From an uncultured Aminicenantes bacterium (lineage in GTDB: Bacteria > Acidobacteriota > Aminicenantia > UBA2199): DNA of 64,000 bases. Both the position numbers and the translations under genes were made by a program. Positions 30,999 to 41,269 of the stretch are shown in pieces. Positions within the stretch are counted from its first letter, which is position 1. Every line of letters starts with the position of its first letter. The notes beneath the pieces are model-generated. The model did not search any database. It was not told where the DNA came from and worked only from the letters and a program-made list of their open reading frames with translations. Location: contig CBDAFS010000011.1 of the NCBI GenBank assembly GCA_965195285.1, positions 9,533 to 73,532 of the forward strand. The letters are read 5' to 3'.

Positions 30999-32078
30999 TC
31001 AGTGCAGGTTGAATTCGGTTTTGAGCTGGTGGTGCAGCCGACGCCGGTACCGGTTAAAATTAATGGAGCGGACCCGGGGGTGAATCTGGTTGCTCAGGAG
31101 GATGTATGTGCTCTGGGTTTCGGGTTCCAGCCAGACCGAAGTTCCGGTAAATCCACTGTGACCGATGGCAAAGGGAGATATTGTTTTCCCCCCGGAAGAA
31201 ATCAGGGAAGTATTCAGCTTGAAACCCAGGCTGCGGTGGCTTTTTTCACCGGGGGTGAAGTTCTTCCGGAAAAGCTTGAGGATTGGGGAATTTAAAATGG
31301 TGGCGGTTTCCGGAAAAAATTCCAGGGTCAACCGGAACAGGTCGCCTGTGGTGGAAAAAAGCCCTGAATTCCCTGCAGTTCCTCCCAGATGATAGGCGTT
31401 CAGATCATGGGTATCCCCGCGGATAATACCATCTTTCCAATCGAAAGCCCGGGACCCGGCCCGGTCTATTTTGGTGGCCAACCGCTTCTCATAATGATTG
31501 CCTTTTTCAGTGGGAGCGGCTTTAATTTTCAAGTTTTCCGGAACCTTCAGGTAGGTATGTCGAAGATTCAGTTCATCAAAGATTATTTCCCCGGCCAGTT
31601 CGGGAAAACGCCTGCCACTGACTTTTTCGATTAAATAATATAATAATATATAGCCCGGGCAGGAGTAATTGACCTTTTTACCGGGAGCTGATTCCAGCGA
31701 CAGGGAATTCAATTGAATCCGGTAGTCAGCCGGGTACAGAAAAAAAGGAAACCAGGCCGGGAATCCGGACGTATGGGTTAGCAATTGAAGTACGTTGATC
31801 GAGTAAGGGAAATCCGGGAAAACTTTTTTTATTTCTGTATCCAGGCGTATTATTTTTTTTTCAATCAGGTAGGCGATCAGAAAGGAGGTGACCAGGGGTT
31901 TGGTCAGCGAGGCGGTATCATACAGGGTATGCTCTTGGAGTTTTTCCCTCTCAGGTATAATCGATTTATACCCATAGTGATGCTGGAGTAAAATCTGGTC
32001 CCGGCGGGCAACCAGAACAGACATGCCAGGCATGATTTTTTTTTTGATCAGAGATTGAATGAGTGGTTCAAATTTCAA
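30999..32078 (-). CDS. Serine hydrolase, beta-lactamase family
   Basis: ASLTK (SxxK), LLTHTSG, YSCPGY, HDLNA, GNSGLFST, GHSGFTGTS, LSNQIHP. Likely TTG start at 32078 overlapping the upstream stop. Confidence 0.88.
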   Translation of the reverse strand: MKFEPLIQSLIKKKIMPGMSVLVARRDQILLQHHYGYKSIIPEREKLQEHTLYDTASLTKPLVTSFLIAYLIEKKIIRLDTEIKKVFPDFPYSINVLQLLTHTSGFPAWFPFFLYPADYRIQLNSLSLESAPGKKVNYSCPGYILLYYLIEKVSGRRFPELAGEIIFDELNLRHTYLKVPENLKIKAAPTEKGNHYEKRLATKIDRAGSRAFDWKDGIIRGDTHDLNAYHLGGTAGNSGLFSTTGDLFRLTLEFFPETATILNSPILKLFRKNFTPGEKSHRSLGFKLNTSLISSGGKTISPFAIGHSGFTGTSVWLEPETQSTYILLSNQIHPRVRSINFNRYRRRLHHQLKTEFNLH

Positions 32079-32982
32079 TGGACTTGGTATTCTCCAGTAT
32101 TCGGAGGGCAATCTCGAGGGCGTGTTTGGCTTCTTCGGCAGTCACATTTTCATTCGGTACGGAAGTCATTGATTTATGGAAATTGTTCCACAGGGTAAAC
32201 AGTGGTTCCACCGATTGGATTTCCGGTATCTCTTCAGTGATTTGACCTTGATTCAGGCCATAGATCTTGACCCTCTGTTTCTTATAATCAATGGAAAAGT
32301 ATTTATTCTTTTGAAAAACTCTCAATTTCCTGGTTTTTTTCTGAGAAACCCGGCTGGCGGTCAGATTGGCCACCAGACCCGAATTGAATTCGAGTCGGAC
32401 ATTGGCAATGTCAATTTTTTTTGAAATGATGGGGATTCCCGAGGCATTGATATTTTTAATATTGGATTGATCCCACTGCAGAATGATGTCAATATCATGG
32501 ATCATCAGATCCAGAATGACATCAACATCCAGAGAGCGGGGGGAAAATGATCCCAGTCTCTGAACTTCTATGAACAGGGGCTTTTTGATTAAATGTTTAA
32601 TGTGAACAACGGCCGGATTGAAACGCTCGGGATGGCCGGCTGCCAGAATCAGGTTTTCCCGCTGTGAGATGCCAATCAATTCATTAACTTGGGAAATGGT
32701 CTGGGTGATGGGCTTTTCGATAAGCACATGCTTTTTATTTTCCAGAAAGAATTTACCGATTTGAAAATGGCTTTCGGTGGGGGTGGATATCATGACCGCA
32801 TCGACCAGATCCAATATTTTGCCGTAATCGCTGAATTTTTTTATGGGATAGGGCTGGCAGGCGATTTCCAGGTTATCCCGGTTCGTGTCCGCAGCGCAGG
32901 TTAGTTGAAGCTCCCGCAAGTTGTTGACCACCCGGAGGTGATTGTTGCCCATGGCACCGGTTCCCACGATTCCGATTCTCAT
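32068..32982 (-). CDS. Gfo/Idh/MocA oxidoreductase, GnnA-like (UDP-GlcNAc 3-dehydrogenase candidate)
   Basis: GTGAMG, EKPIT, GHPERFNPA, DVILDLMIHDID, ANLTASRVS; directly downstream of lpxA. Confidence 0.85.
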   Translation of the reverse strand: MRIGIVGTGAMGNNHLRVVNNLRELQLTCAADTNRDNLEIACQPYPIKKFSDYGKILDLVDAVMISTPTESHFQIGKFFLENKKHVLIEKPITQTISQVNELIGISQRENLILAAGHPERFNPAVVHIKHLIKKPLFIEVQRLGSFSPRSLDVDVILDLMIHDIDIILQWDQSNIKNINASGIPIISKKIDIANVRLEFNSGLVANLTASRVSQKKTRKLRVFQKNKYFSIDYKKQRVKIYGLNQGQITEEIPEIQSVEPLFTLWNNFHKSMTSVPNENVTAEEAKHALEIALRILENTKSIEI

Positions 32983-33068
32983 TGACGGATCACTCCTGTT
33001 TATCGAATTCGAGTACCCGGTGCTGGTGGGATAATTCCGGCTGCTGGGAAGCCTGAGTTTTTATTAGG

Positions 33069-33875
33069 TTAGACATTGAATTTAAAATTTTTAAAAATTC
33101 CCCTTTTGGTTTTGGCAATAAAATCAAGAATGATCAGTGATTCCTCGGAATTTTTAAAATCTATCTTTAATTTTTCAATTGCCTGGGTGGTATTCAGACC
33201 CGAATGAAATATGATATCGAACATATCCTTGATCTTATTGATAAAATCACGGCTGATCCCGTTGCGCATCATTCCAATAGAATTGGTTCCGTAAAAATTG
33301 TAGTAATCCCGGGACTGGGATACTTTGGCAAAGGGCAATATATCCTGGAGAACCACACTGTATCCACCGATATAGGCATTTCTACCGATTCTGACGAATT
33401 GATGAACTGATGAAAATGCCCCGATAACGACTGAATCCTCAACTTCCACATGACCGGCCAGGGTGGCACCGTTTATGAAAATGACCCCGTTCCCCACCTT
33501 ACAGTCATGGGCAATATGGGTATAGACCATCAGATAATTATGGTTTCCGATCGAGGTAACCTGGCCTCCCTTTTGAGTACCCCGGTTAATGGTGGTAAAT
33601 TCCCGGATGATGTTATGGCTTCCCATCTCAACCCAGGTGTCTTCGCCTTTAAAGGTGATGTCCTGGGGTTCGGTCCCGATCGAGCAGAAAGGGTATATTT
33701 TGCAGTTTTCACCAATCCGAGTATTCCGGTCAATAACGGAATGATGCATGATGACCCCGTTGTCCCCGATGGTCACCTGGTCTCCGATAATGGAATAGGG
33801 CCCCACGGTAATATTGTTGCCAAGTTCAGCTTTTTTGCTGATAATAGCCGTGGGTGAGATTTGTGAAGGACTCAT
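33069..33875 (-). CDS. lpxA: Acyl-ACP--UDP-N-acetylglucosamine O-acyltransferase
   Basis: Hexapeptide repeats, IGTEPQD, IREFTTINRGT, HIAHDC, LAGHVEV, VHQFVRIG. Confidence 0.97.
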   Translation of the reverse strand: MSPSQISPTAIISKKAELGNNITVGPYSIIGDQVTIGDNGVIMHHSVIDRNTRIGENCKIYPFCSIGTEPQDITFKGEDTWVEMGSHNIIREFTTINRGTQKGGQVTSIGNHNYLMVYTHIAHDCKVGNGVIFINGATLAGHVEVEDSVVIGAFSSVHQFVRIGRNAYIGGYSVVLQDILPFAKVSQSRDYYNFYGTNSIGMMRNGISRDFINKIKDMFDIIFHSGLNTTQAIEKLKIDFKNSEESLIILDFIAKTKRGIFKNFKFNV

Positions 33876-34306
33876 TTGGCTAGGATTGACATCATGGTGG
33901 CTTCCGCTGCTTTTTCTCCATCCACAAATGCTTTTCCTTCCATGATTACTAAATTTCCCCTGTCCTTAATGACTCTGGATTCCATTTCCAGCCGGTCACC
34001 CGGCACCACTACCCGCTTAAAACGAGCCTTGTCAATTCCAGCAAAATAGGCCATTCTCTGGTCTTCGGGGAACCGTCTTAAAATCAGAATGGCTCCCAGC
34101 TGGGCCATGGCCTCGATAATCAATACCCCCGGAAACACCGGGTTCTGGGGAAAGTGACCTTGAAACAGTGATTCGTTTATGGAAATGTTTTTATACCCCT
34201 TGATCGATTCTATGCCGTTGATCTCGGTTACCCGGTCAATCAGCAGAAACGGGTATCTATGGGGGATGATCTTCTGGATGGCTGCAATATCTTGAATTTC
34301 ATCCAT
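33872..34306 (-). CDS. fabZ: 3-hydroxyacyl-ACP dehydratase
   Basis: PHRYPFLLIDRV, FQGHFP, PGVLIIEAMAQ, VVPGD. ATG at 34306 preferred. Confidence 0.97.
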   Translation of the reverse strand: MDEIQDIAAIQKIIPHRYPFLLIDRVTEINGIESIKGYKNISINESLFQGHFPQNPVFPGVLIIEAMAQLGAILILRRFPEDQRMAYFAGIDKARFKRVVVPGDRLEMESRVIKDRGNLVIMEGKAFVDGEKAAEATMMSILAK

Positions 34307-34313
34307 AATGTGT

Positions 34314-34826
34314 TTATTTTTTTTGACCGTATTTTTTATCGTAAGCGGCAATGACTTCATTAGTGACATCAATGGTATTGTCAAAATAGGCAATTCCGGA
34401 GGTTGTCAAATCGAGAATTAAGGTGAATCCCCTTTCCTTTCCGATTTTTTCGATTACAGGCATGATCTCTTGGCGCAGACCTGATAACTCTTTGGCAGAT
34501 TTCTGCTGCATTTCCCTTTGAGCATCCTCAACATACCGTTTTAAATAGGTGCGTTTTTGCTGGAGATCCAGATTTTTCTTGTCCCGGGTCTGGTTATTTA
34601 AGGCCGGTGAATTGAGTTCATTTTCCAGTTTTTTAATTTGCTCTCTCATATTTTCGACTTCCTTCTGCTTTTTTCGACCTAATTTCTCAAGCCTGGCAGT
34701 GATTTCCTTACCTTTAGCGGTTTGTTGGATGACCTTCTGGGCATTGATCACGCCGATTTTAACTTCTGAAAACACCAGTAAACTGAAACTGAGCAAGATG
34801 AGGGTTAAAATTAATTTTTTCTTCAT
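34314..34826 (-). CDS. skp: Periplasmic chaperone Skp/OmpH
   Basis: Signal peptide, KIGVIN, long coiled coil, GFTLILD, DVTNEVI; located between bamA and fabZ. Confidence 0.9.
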   Translation of the reverse strand: MKKKLILTLILLSFSLLVFSEVKIGVINAQKVIQQTAKGKEITARLEKLGRKKQKEVENMREQIKKLENELNSPALNNQTRDKKNLDLQQKRTYLKRYVEDAQREMQQKSAKELSGLRQEIMPVIEKIGKERGFTLILDLTTSGIAYFDNTIDVTNEVIAAYDKKYGQKK

Positions 34827-34916
34827 TTTTTCTCCTTAAAATGGTGAAAACCACCATTTTATGTTATTCTTCATATTATATATTTTTTGTCGACATATTA
34901 CCATTTTTGGCGCCAA

Positions 34917-37247
34917 TTAGTAGAAAGATGGTCCTACTCCAAAGCCAATGTGGAAATGCGAGTCATCGGATTTAAGGGTTCTGGGATTATAGGCAAAGAT
35001 AAGCCTGAAAGGCACGCCCATCATGGGAACATACACCTTCAGTTCCAATCCCAGTGAGGTGTAAATGTTATTAAAATTAATGTTTTGGCCCGTATCATAG
35101 GCATTGCCCAGATCGTAGAAAAATACAAATGTGAATTGTTCGGACAGGGGAATATGGTATTCAAAATTCATAAAAAAGGCCTTGTTGCCCCCGATAACAT
35201 TCCCCTCTGGATCCTTGGGGCCGATCCTGTATATATCAAATCCACGGATGGACCGTTCGCCGCCAAGGAAGAATTTTTCGTAGAAAGGGAGTACGTTTTC
35301 ATCTCCTTCGTTGTCAACCCCGAATGGTATGACATATTGATAAACCGCATGCATGCCAAATACATGTTTCCGGCCCAGGGGAAAGAATTTGGTGAATTCA
35401 AATTTGTATTTGTGGAGGAAAATATCCCCGCCCAGAATTCCTCCCGAATAACGGTAATTGACAAGATATTTGGTTCCCGAACTGGGAAAAAGGGGTGAGT
35501 CAACTGTGGAATAATATATGGTGGGTGAGAATGAATTAATGGTTCGCTTGCCTTCGGTATAATAGTAATAAGAATAGGGATTGGTCCATTCCAGGTCTTC
35601 ATTAATATCACTGATTTCGATTTTTTCACTGCCAAGCATTACCGATGCGCCCGTAAACTTCCAGATCCGGAAAGAGGTTATCAGATTATATCCATGGCCG
35701 TCTTTGGTATAAAGACCGGGATAGCGGAAAGATGTTTTGAATAAATCAAAACCCATACTGGCTGGCAGGTTGAACAGATAGGGTTCGGTAAAAGCCACCC
35801 GGTAGGTTTCGGCCCGGGTGCCTCTGGAGAGATTCAGGGTTAGTTTTTCTCCCAGTCCCAGAAAATTCTGGGTTGAGTATCCCAGGGCGATAAACCAGCC
35901 TTCGTAACCGCTGTAACCGGTATTGAAATTAATCATCTGACGCTGGAGTTCTTTGACTTTAACTTGCAGATCTATTTTATATGGATCTGACGGATTAGCG
36001 GTGATTTCGGGCATTTCTTCGATGGTGACCAGCCCCAGCTGTTTCATCCTCCGGATAGAGTCTTCCAGGGCATTCATATTCAATCTGTTGCCCTCCTTGA
36101 GCAGCCATTCCCTCCGGATCACATGATCTTTGGTAAAGGTGTTGCCGGTAAATTCCAGTTTCCCCACATAGCATATATCATCTTCATTGATTCTGACGGT
36201 CAGATCAGCTGTTCTCTTGACCGGGTCCAGATTGTCGACCGGGACGATCTGGCTGCGGCAGTATCCGATAGTGCCGTAGAGTTTCTGGATCTCGGCGATA
36301 AAATCATTCCGTTTTTTCATATCATATATCTGGCCCTTTTTCAGGGGCATTTTTCTTTTGAGGTAGGATGATTTAATGACCTTGTTACCCTCGATCTTCA
36401 TGATTCCAAACCGGTACTGGGGGCCCATTTCAATCGGGATTGATAACCGTAGCATTTTTTGAACTTTTCCGAAAATGGTGGCCTTGCGGAAAAAAGTCAT
36501 TTTCGGGGTTCCGATTTTGGCTTCCAGAAAGCCTTTCTGCTGCAGGCGCAGTTTGAGGTTTTCCAGATCTTCTTTTATGGAATCCTCGTTATATATATCT
36601 TCTTTACTGATGGAAGAAATCAAGCCATGGGCTTCGGTTTTTTCAAAGCCACCGATCAGAAAAACCGGAGAAATCATGGATGTATCCAAACCGGGAAAAT
36701 CAATGTCGCCGATGCGGGTTTTGGGACCCTGCTCGACCTGGACGGTAATGGCCACCTGCTGATTATCGATTTTGGTATCTATATTGATTTTACCTTCATT
36801 GTATCCCTTTTCCTCCAGCATGGTTTTTATGATTCTCTCGACTTTCTTCAGCTTGACCGGATTAAAGTAGGAGTAGGGGGATAAAATAATATTGTTTTCC
36901 TGTAGTTTGGAGGTGATATCATCTTTTTTTATTTGCTTGCCCGTTTTATAGGTGATGGTTGAGATGAACAGGTTTTCCTTTACAATGATCTTGATGATGA
37001 TTCCCCGGGGGCCATCCTCGGTTTCGATACGAATATTTTCAAAAAAACCGGTTTCCCATAATGATTGAAAATCTTTTTTTAAAATATCCTTTGAGTAGAT
37101 TTCATTGGGTTTTGATTTCATGTAAAAGAGAACCGTGTCCTTAGATACTTTTTTATTTCCGATGACCATAATATTCTCAATAATTTCTGCATTCAATGTG
37201 CACAGCAGAAGTAGGAAGACAGAAACCGTGATTATCATTCTTTTCAT
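34917..37247 (-). CDS. bamA: Outer membrane protein assembly factor BamA
   Basis: POTRA repeats (GNKKV, GNTFTKDHVIRRE), NFLGLGE, FTEPYLF, FFLGGERSIRGF, GGNK, C-terminal aromatic residue. Confidence 0.95.
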   Translation of the reverse strand: MKRMIITVSVFLLLLCTLNAEIIENIMVIGNKKVSKDTVLFYMKSKPNEIYSKDILKKDFQSLWETGFFENIRIETEDGPRGIIIKIIVKENLFISTITYKTGKQIKKDDITSKLQENNIILSPYSYFNPVKLKKVERIIKTMLEEKGYNEGKINIDTKIDNQQVAITVQVEQGPKTRIGDIDFPGLDTSMISPVFLIGGFEKTEAHGLISSISKEDIYNEDSIKEDLENLKLRLQQKGFLEAKIGTPKMTFFRKATIFGKVQKMLRLSIPIEMGPQYRFGIMKIEGNKVIKSSYLKRKMPLKKGQIYDMKKRNDFIAEIQKLYGTIGYCRSQIVPVDNLDPVKRTADLTVRINEDDICYVGKLEFTGNTFTKDHVIRREWLLKEGNRLNMNALEDSIRRMKQLGLVTIEEMPEITANPSDPYKIDLQVKVKELQRQMINFNTGYSGYEGWFIALGYSTQNFLGLGEKLTLNLSRGTRAETYRVAFTEPYLFNLPASMGFDLFKTSFRYPGLYTKDGHGYNLITSFRIWKFTGASVMLGSEKIEISDINEDLEWTNPYSYYYYTEGKRTINSFSPTIYYSTVDSPLFPSSGTKYLVNYRYSGGILGGDIFLHKYKFEFTKFFPLGRKHVFGMHAVYQYVIPFGVDNEGDENVLPFYEKFFLGGERSIRGFDIYRIGPKDPEGNVIGGNKAFFMNFEYHIPLSEQFTFVFFYDLGNAYDTGQNINFNNIYTSLGLELKVYVPMMGVPFRLIFAYNPRTLKSDDSHFHIGFGVGPSFY

Positions 37248-37413
37248 TGTACCCTCGATAAGTTGTTTTTATATCATACTTTCACATAAATATCAACCTG
37301 TTATTGCAGCCCAATCGGGAGCTGTTCATACAGATAGGATCGTCTTCCGGCTCCGGATGGTTTCATCCGGAGAAATATTTTTTTTTTGCGGTTATTGCTC
37401 TGCAAAAATTTTA

Positions 37414-37442
37414 TTGACTAACATCGGTTAACCCTCTATAAT
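37414..37442 (+). promoter_or_regulatory. Sigma70 promoter, probably leaderless
   Basis: TTGACT-N17-TATAAT ending 5 nt before the ATG at 37448. Confidence 0.7.
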
Positions 37443-37447
37443 AAAAT

Positions 37448-38392
37448 ATGGCAACGATTTTAATTACCGGCGGTGCCGGCTTTCTGGGTTCTCATTTGTG
37501 TGACTGGTTTCTGGACAGGAACTGGCGGGTGATTGTGGTTGATAATTTGATCACCGGAGCCATTGAGAACATATCGCATTTACTGGGAAAGGAAAATTTT
37601 TCCTTTTACAAATACAGTGTAACCAATTATCTGTTTTTTGAAGAGAAGATTGACCTGATTCTTCACTTTGCCTGCCCTGCCTCTCCCTTTGATTACATTC
37701 AATATCCGATTCACACCATGAAAGTGGATTCACTGGGGACTTTGAACACCCTGGGATTGGCCAAAAGCAAAGGTTCCAGGTATGTTTTTGCTTCTACCTC
37801 AGAGGTCTATGGTAGTCCGGCAGTGCATCCTCAGCCTGAGGATTACTGGGGGCATGTAAATCCGGTTGGACCCCGTTCGGTTTACGATGAGGCCAAACGG
37901 TTTTCCGAGGCCATGTGCATGGCCTATTTCAGAGAACATGGTATCGATGTCAGAATTGCCCGAATTTTTAACACCTATGGTACCCGGATGCGGCTGGATG
38001 ACGGACGGGTCATTCCTACCTTCATTTCTCAGGCTTTGAAGAATGAGGATATTACCATATTCGGAGAGGGGGACCAAACCCGGAGCTTTTGTTTTATCGA
38101 TGATCTTACCGAGGGAGTCTATACGCTTTCCACCCGGGATGGCCTGGCCGGAGAAGTGGTTAACCTGGGGAATCCGGAAGAACTGTCCATTCGGAAACTG
38201 GCGGATACGGTCATCGAAAAAACCGCCTCCCGATCAAAGTTGAAATTTGAATCCATGCCCGTGGATGATCCCCCGATCAGACAGCCGGATATCAGCAAGG
38301 CCCGGAAATTATTGGGTTTTGACCCTGGCGTTCCTCTGTCTGAAGGCCTGGACAGGATAATCCCCTGGTTCAAGAAAAAAATTGAAGACTGA
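37448..38392 (+). CDS. UDP-glucuronate decarboxylase family (extended SDR)
   Basis: TGGAGFLGSHL, HFACPASP, ASTSEVYG, YWGHVNPVGPRSVYDEAKR, RIFNTYG, QTRSFCF, DDP--RQPDI. Confidence 0.93.
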   Translation: MATILITGGAGFLGSHLCDWFLDRNWRVIVVDNLITGAIENISHLLGKENFSFYKYSVTNYLFFEEKIDLILHFACPASPFDYIQYPIHTMKVDSLGTLNTLGLAKSKGSRYVFASTSEVYGSPAVHPQPEDYWGHVNPVGPRSVYDEAKRFSEAMCMAYFREHGIDVRIARIFNTYGTRMRLDDGRVIPTFISQALKNEDITIFGEGDQTRSFCFIDDLTEGVYTLSTRDGLAGEVVNLGNPEELSIRKLADTVIEKTASRSKLKFESMPVDDPPIRQPDISKARKLLGFDPGVPLSEGLDRIIPWFKKKIED

Positions 38393-39320
38393 TTCCCTTA
38401 TTTTCGGACCGGTCCCCTCCAGGCGGCTGGGAATATCCCTGGGAATTGATATCATCCCTTTTAAAACCTGTTCCCTGGATTGCATTTATTGTGAATGCGG
38501 GGCTACCAATCACCTGAGCCTGGAGCGAAGGCATTTTATTGATGTGGATACGGTTCTGTCTCAGCTGAAGCAAATCCTGAAGGACCTGAACCATGTGGAT
38601 TATATTACCTTCTCCGGTTCGGGTGAGCCCACTCTCAATAAAGATATTGGCACCATGATCTCTGAAATCAAGCGCCTGACTTCCATCCCGGTGGCGGTAT
38701 TAACCAACGGTACTTTGTTGTACCGGGATGATGTGGCCAGGGACCTGCTTCCGGCGGATGTGATTTTGCCGTCGCTTGATGCGGTTTCAGAGGAGGTTTT
38801 TTCCAAAATTAATCGTCCCCATCCGCAATTGGAAATGGTTAAAATCATCGATGGTCTTATCCGTTTCAGAAAGGTTTACACTGGTGAGATTTGGCTGGAA
38901 ATTTTTGTGGTCAAATCCATAAATGATCATGACGGGGAATTGACTGAATTATACCGGACCATCAAGAAAATCAGACCTGATAAGGTCCAACTCAATTCCC
39001 TGGATCGTCCCCCGTCAGATCCCCGGGTTCGGCCGGTTGAAATGAAAAAACTGGAAGCTATCAAGCAAAAGTGGAAAGACCTGCCGGTTGAGATCGTTAA
39101 AAGAATCCGCCGGAGAGAGGAGATTGTTGCCTTCAGTAAAAACCTTGAAAGTACCATCCTGAACACCATTACCCGGCGACCTCTGATGATTGATGACCTG
39201 GTTCAGTTAACCGGAAAAAACCGACTGGAAATTTTTAAATATATTGATGTTCTGGAAAAAGAGATGAAAATTTACCCCAAAATTGTGGGGAAAAAGATTT
39301 TTTATACGGCCAAAACCTAA
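38382..39320 (+). CDS. Radical SAM protein with C-terminal winged-helix-like tail
   Basis: FGPVPSRRLG-SLG, CSLDCIYC, FSGSGEPTL, LTNGTL, QLNSLDRPP. Confidence 0.9.
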   Translation: MKTDSLIFGPVPSRRLGISLGIDIIPFKTCSLDCIYCECGATNHLSLERRHFIDVDTVLSQLKQILKDLNHVDYITFSGSGEPTLNKDIGTMISEIKRLTSIPVAVLTNGTLLYRDDVARDLLPADVILPSLDAVSEEVFSKINRPHPQLEMVKIIDGLIRFRKVYTGEIWLEIFVVKSINDHDGELTELYRTIKKIRPDKVQLNSLDRPPSDPRVRPVEMKKLEAIKQKWKDLPVEIVKRIRRREEIVAFSKNLESTILNTITRRPLMIDDLVQLTGKNRLEIFKYIDVLEKEMKIYPKIVGKKIFYTAKT

Positions 39321-39424
39321 ATCATTGGGCATTATACTTAGAGAAAAAGCATTTCATCTCATTTTTCAATACATCATGCAATTCGAAGGGGATTGTCCGC
39401 TTGCGAATCATTAAATTTGATTGA

Positions 39425-40060
39425 TTACTGATTGTTCTTGAAGAGCGTTTCCGTTTCTTCCTGAATTAATATCCAGAATGTATAGATTCCAAGTGCAGTT
39501 CCAAAAGGTATATTGATCAAATTTATGGCACCCAGAATGAGGGCCAGAATCCTCGACCAGGGACGATATTTTAGTAGTCCGAAGCCGCATATAATACCAG
39601 GAGCAGAGAATAAAATTAAAAATCCGGCCACAACGAAAGCTATTATAGTGGTGATGGCAATCACAGTTTCATCTCCTGAAATGAGTCCGCCTCCTGCTAC
39701 AGCTGCGAAGACTATGATAGCGATAATAAGAGTGATTGAATTAAAAACGATATAGAGCCCCCCTAGAAAGGAGACATGTTTTTGAAGGGATGTTGTTTTA
39801 TCCTGTGCCAAAGGTTGATCATCTGTTTTTTTTAATTCTTTTGCAGGTATTTTAGCTTTTTTTTCTTCTAATTCCTGTGACGGTTCAAGTGGTATGATAA
39901 AAATGGCGACAAGATAGGCAAGGAGTCCTCCACCACCGAATAATACCAGTAGTACAGTGATGATTCTGATAATGACAGGATCAATGTCGAAATATTCTCC
40001 GATTCCACCACACACTCCGGCAATGATTCGCTCATTTCGGCTCCGATTAAGTTTTTTCAT
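39425..40060 (-). CDS. PspC-domain membrane protein fused to a multi-TM domain
   Basis: RSRNERIIAGVCGGIGEYFDIDP-IIRI...AYLVAIFIIP, then a charged linker and a hydrophobic domain (PFGTALGIY). Confidence 0.85.
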   Translation of the reverse strand: MKKLNRSRNERIIAGVCGGIGEYFDIDPVIIRIITVLLVLFGGGGLLAYLVAIFIIPLEPSQELEEKKAKIPAKELKKTDDQPLAQDKTTSLQKHVSFLGGLYIVFNSITLIIAIIVFAAVAGGGLISGDETVIAITTIIAFVVAGFLILFSAPGIICGFGLLKYRPWSRILALILGAINLINIPFGTALGIYTFWILIQEETETLFKNNQ

Positions 40061-40158
40061 CCCTCACCTCCTCTTTTTGCCATTCGCTTTCATGACTGTA
40101 TCTCTTTAACGAATTTTCAGGAGAAAAGGTTTAAAATACCCTGTCAGCGGGGTGAGAT

Positions 40159-40716
40159 TTAGTTCAGGTCATTTTTGCGGAAAACCGCAGTTCTGGCAAG
40201 GGTATCATGCAGGGCTTGCCTCTTTTCTCCAAGTATATACAAACAGCCGAAAAGGATGACTATTCCGGCCAGGCCCGCAATTGAATTTAAAAAGGTGAAA
40301 CCGCTTATACGACCTGTCAACTCGAGCAGTACGGATCCGTTTTTAATGGCAAAGCGCGGAAAATAAACCCATATATCACCGGTCTTTCCATCCTGAGTTC
40401 CAATCTTGATGCCCAAAAGCATTTTTCCCGGTGTGGCTCCGAAAAAGGCTTCGGTGATCATATAGAGGGTGCTGAAATGGGCGATAAAGAGTGAAACCCT
40501 CATCATTTCATCATAGGCTTCCTGGGGGGTGAAATGGTGGTTGCCGGCTGTGTTCATGATAGCCTCGGTTAATTGGCCCTTGATAAAAGCGCTGAAGGTG
40601 TTTTCCATCAGCAGGGCCATCAGAATGGAGGCCAGAAGGGTGATGACAAAGCTGTCAATGATGAACGCCCCCAACCGGGGCCCGAAGCCGACTCTTTTTT
40701 CAGTTTCCAGATTCAT
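40159..40716 (-). CDS. RDD family membrane protein
   Basis: GFGPRLGAFIID, GATPGKMLLGIKI, RQALHDTLART-V. Confidence 0.9.
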   Translation of the reverse strand: MNLETEKRVGFGPRLGAFIIDSFVITLLASILMALLMENTFSAFIKGQLTEAIMNTAGNHHFTPQEAYDEMMRVSLFIAHFSTLYMITEAFFGATPGKMLLGIKIGTQDGKTGDIWVYFPRFAIKNGSVLLELTGRISGFTFLNSIAGLAGIVILFGCLYILGEKRQALHDTLARTAVFRKNDLN

Positions 40717-41269
40717 CTTTTGTCTCTGGTTGTTTTATGAATTTGTAAGGCTTTCCGTTTTTGACATTCAGCAGCAGAGGTCCTGAAAAACCCAGTTTCA
40801 ACAATTCCCGCCTTAAACAGGTCATAAAAAATCCATGGCTGACCACCAGGATTCTGGTTGATCGGGGATGGGACATACAGTGTTGGTGAATAAATTCTCT
40901 GGCTCGATGGGTACTCATCTTCCGGTTTTCAGGCTGGATTTTTGTCTTAAACAGCCACTGCAATCTACCCACCAGGGCCCACAGAAAAAGAGGAATTTTG
41001 AGCCGGGTCTGAAATCCGGCTTTCAACGGGACTTCCCTCAGTAGATCGGTTGGTATGGATTGACCATTATAAATGATGTTAGCAGTCTTAAGGGCCCGCT
41101 TCATGGTGCTGGTATAACAGCAATCCCACTGCTTGAAATCATGATCCGGGGTGATGGGGATAATGCCTGCTGAATTATAGGATTCCATATTTTGGTTAAA
41201 GGTGTTTGAATCACTCCATTTTTTAAATTTGAAATTCACCGGATAATGCCGGACCAGTTCGATGATCAT
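40700..41269 (-). CDS. Histidine phosphatase superfamily protein
   Basis: LVRHY, STMKRALKTA, LREV, LVVSHGF. Confidence 0.82.
   Translation of the reverse strand: MIIELVRHYPVNFKFKKWSDSNTFNQNMESYNSAGIIPITPDHDFKQWDCCYTSTMKRALKTANIIYNGQSIPTDLLREVPLKAGFQTRLKIPLFLWALVGRLQWLFKTKIQPENRKMSTHRAREFIHQHCMSHPRSTRILVVSHGFFMTCLRRELLKLGFSGPLLLNVKNGKPYKFIKQPETKDESGN

Noticed and set aside
32983-33068. Short imperfect direct repeat (CCAGCAGCCGG/CCAGCACCGG on the minus strand) between lpxA and the dehydrogenase
   Set aside because: Only two short copies in a CCGG-rich genome; compatible with chance.
37351-37372. Hairpin CTCCGGATG-gttt-CATCCGGAG in the divergent bamA intergenic region
   Set aside because: Single copy, no GTAG tail and no immediate U-tract; function cannot be supported from sequence.
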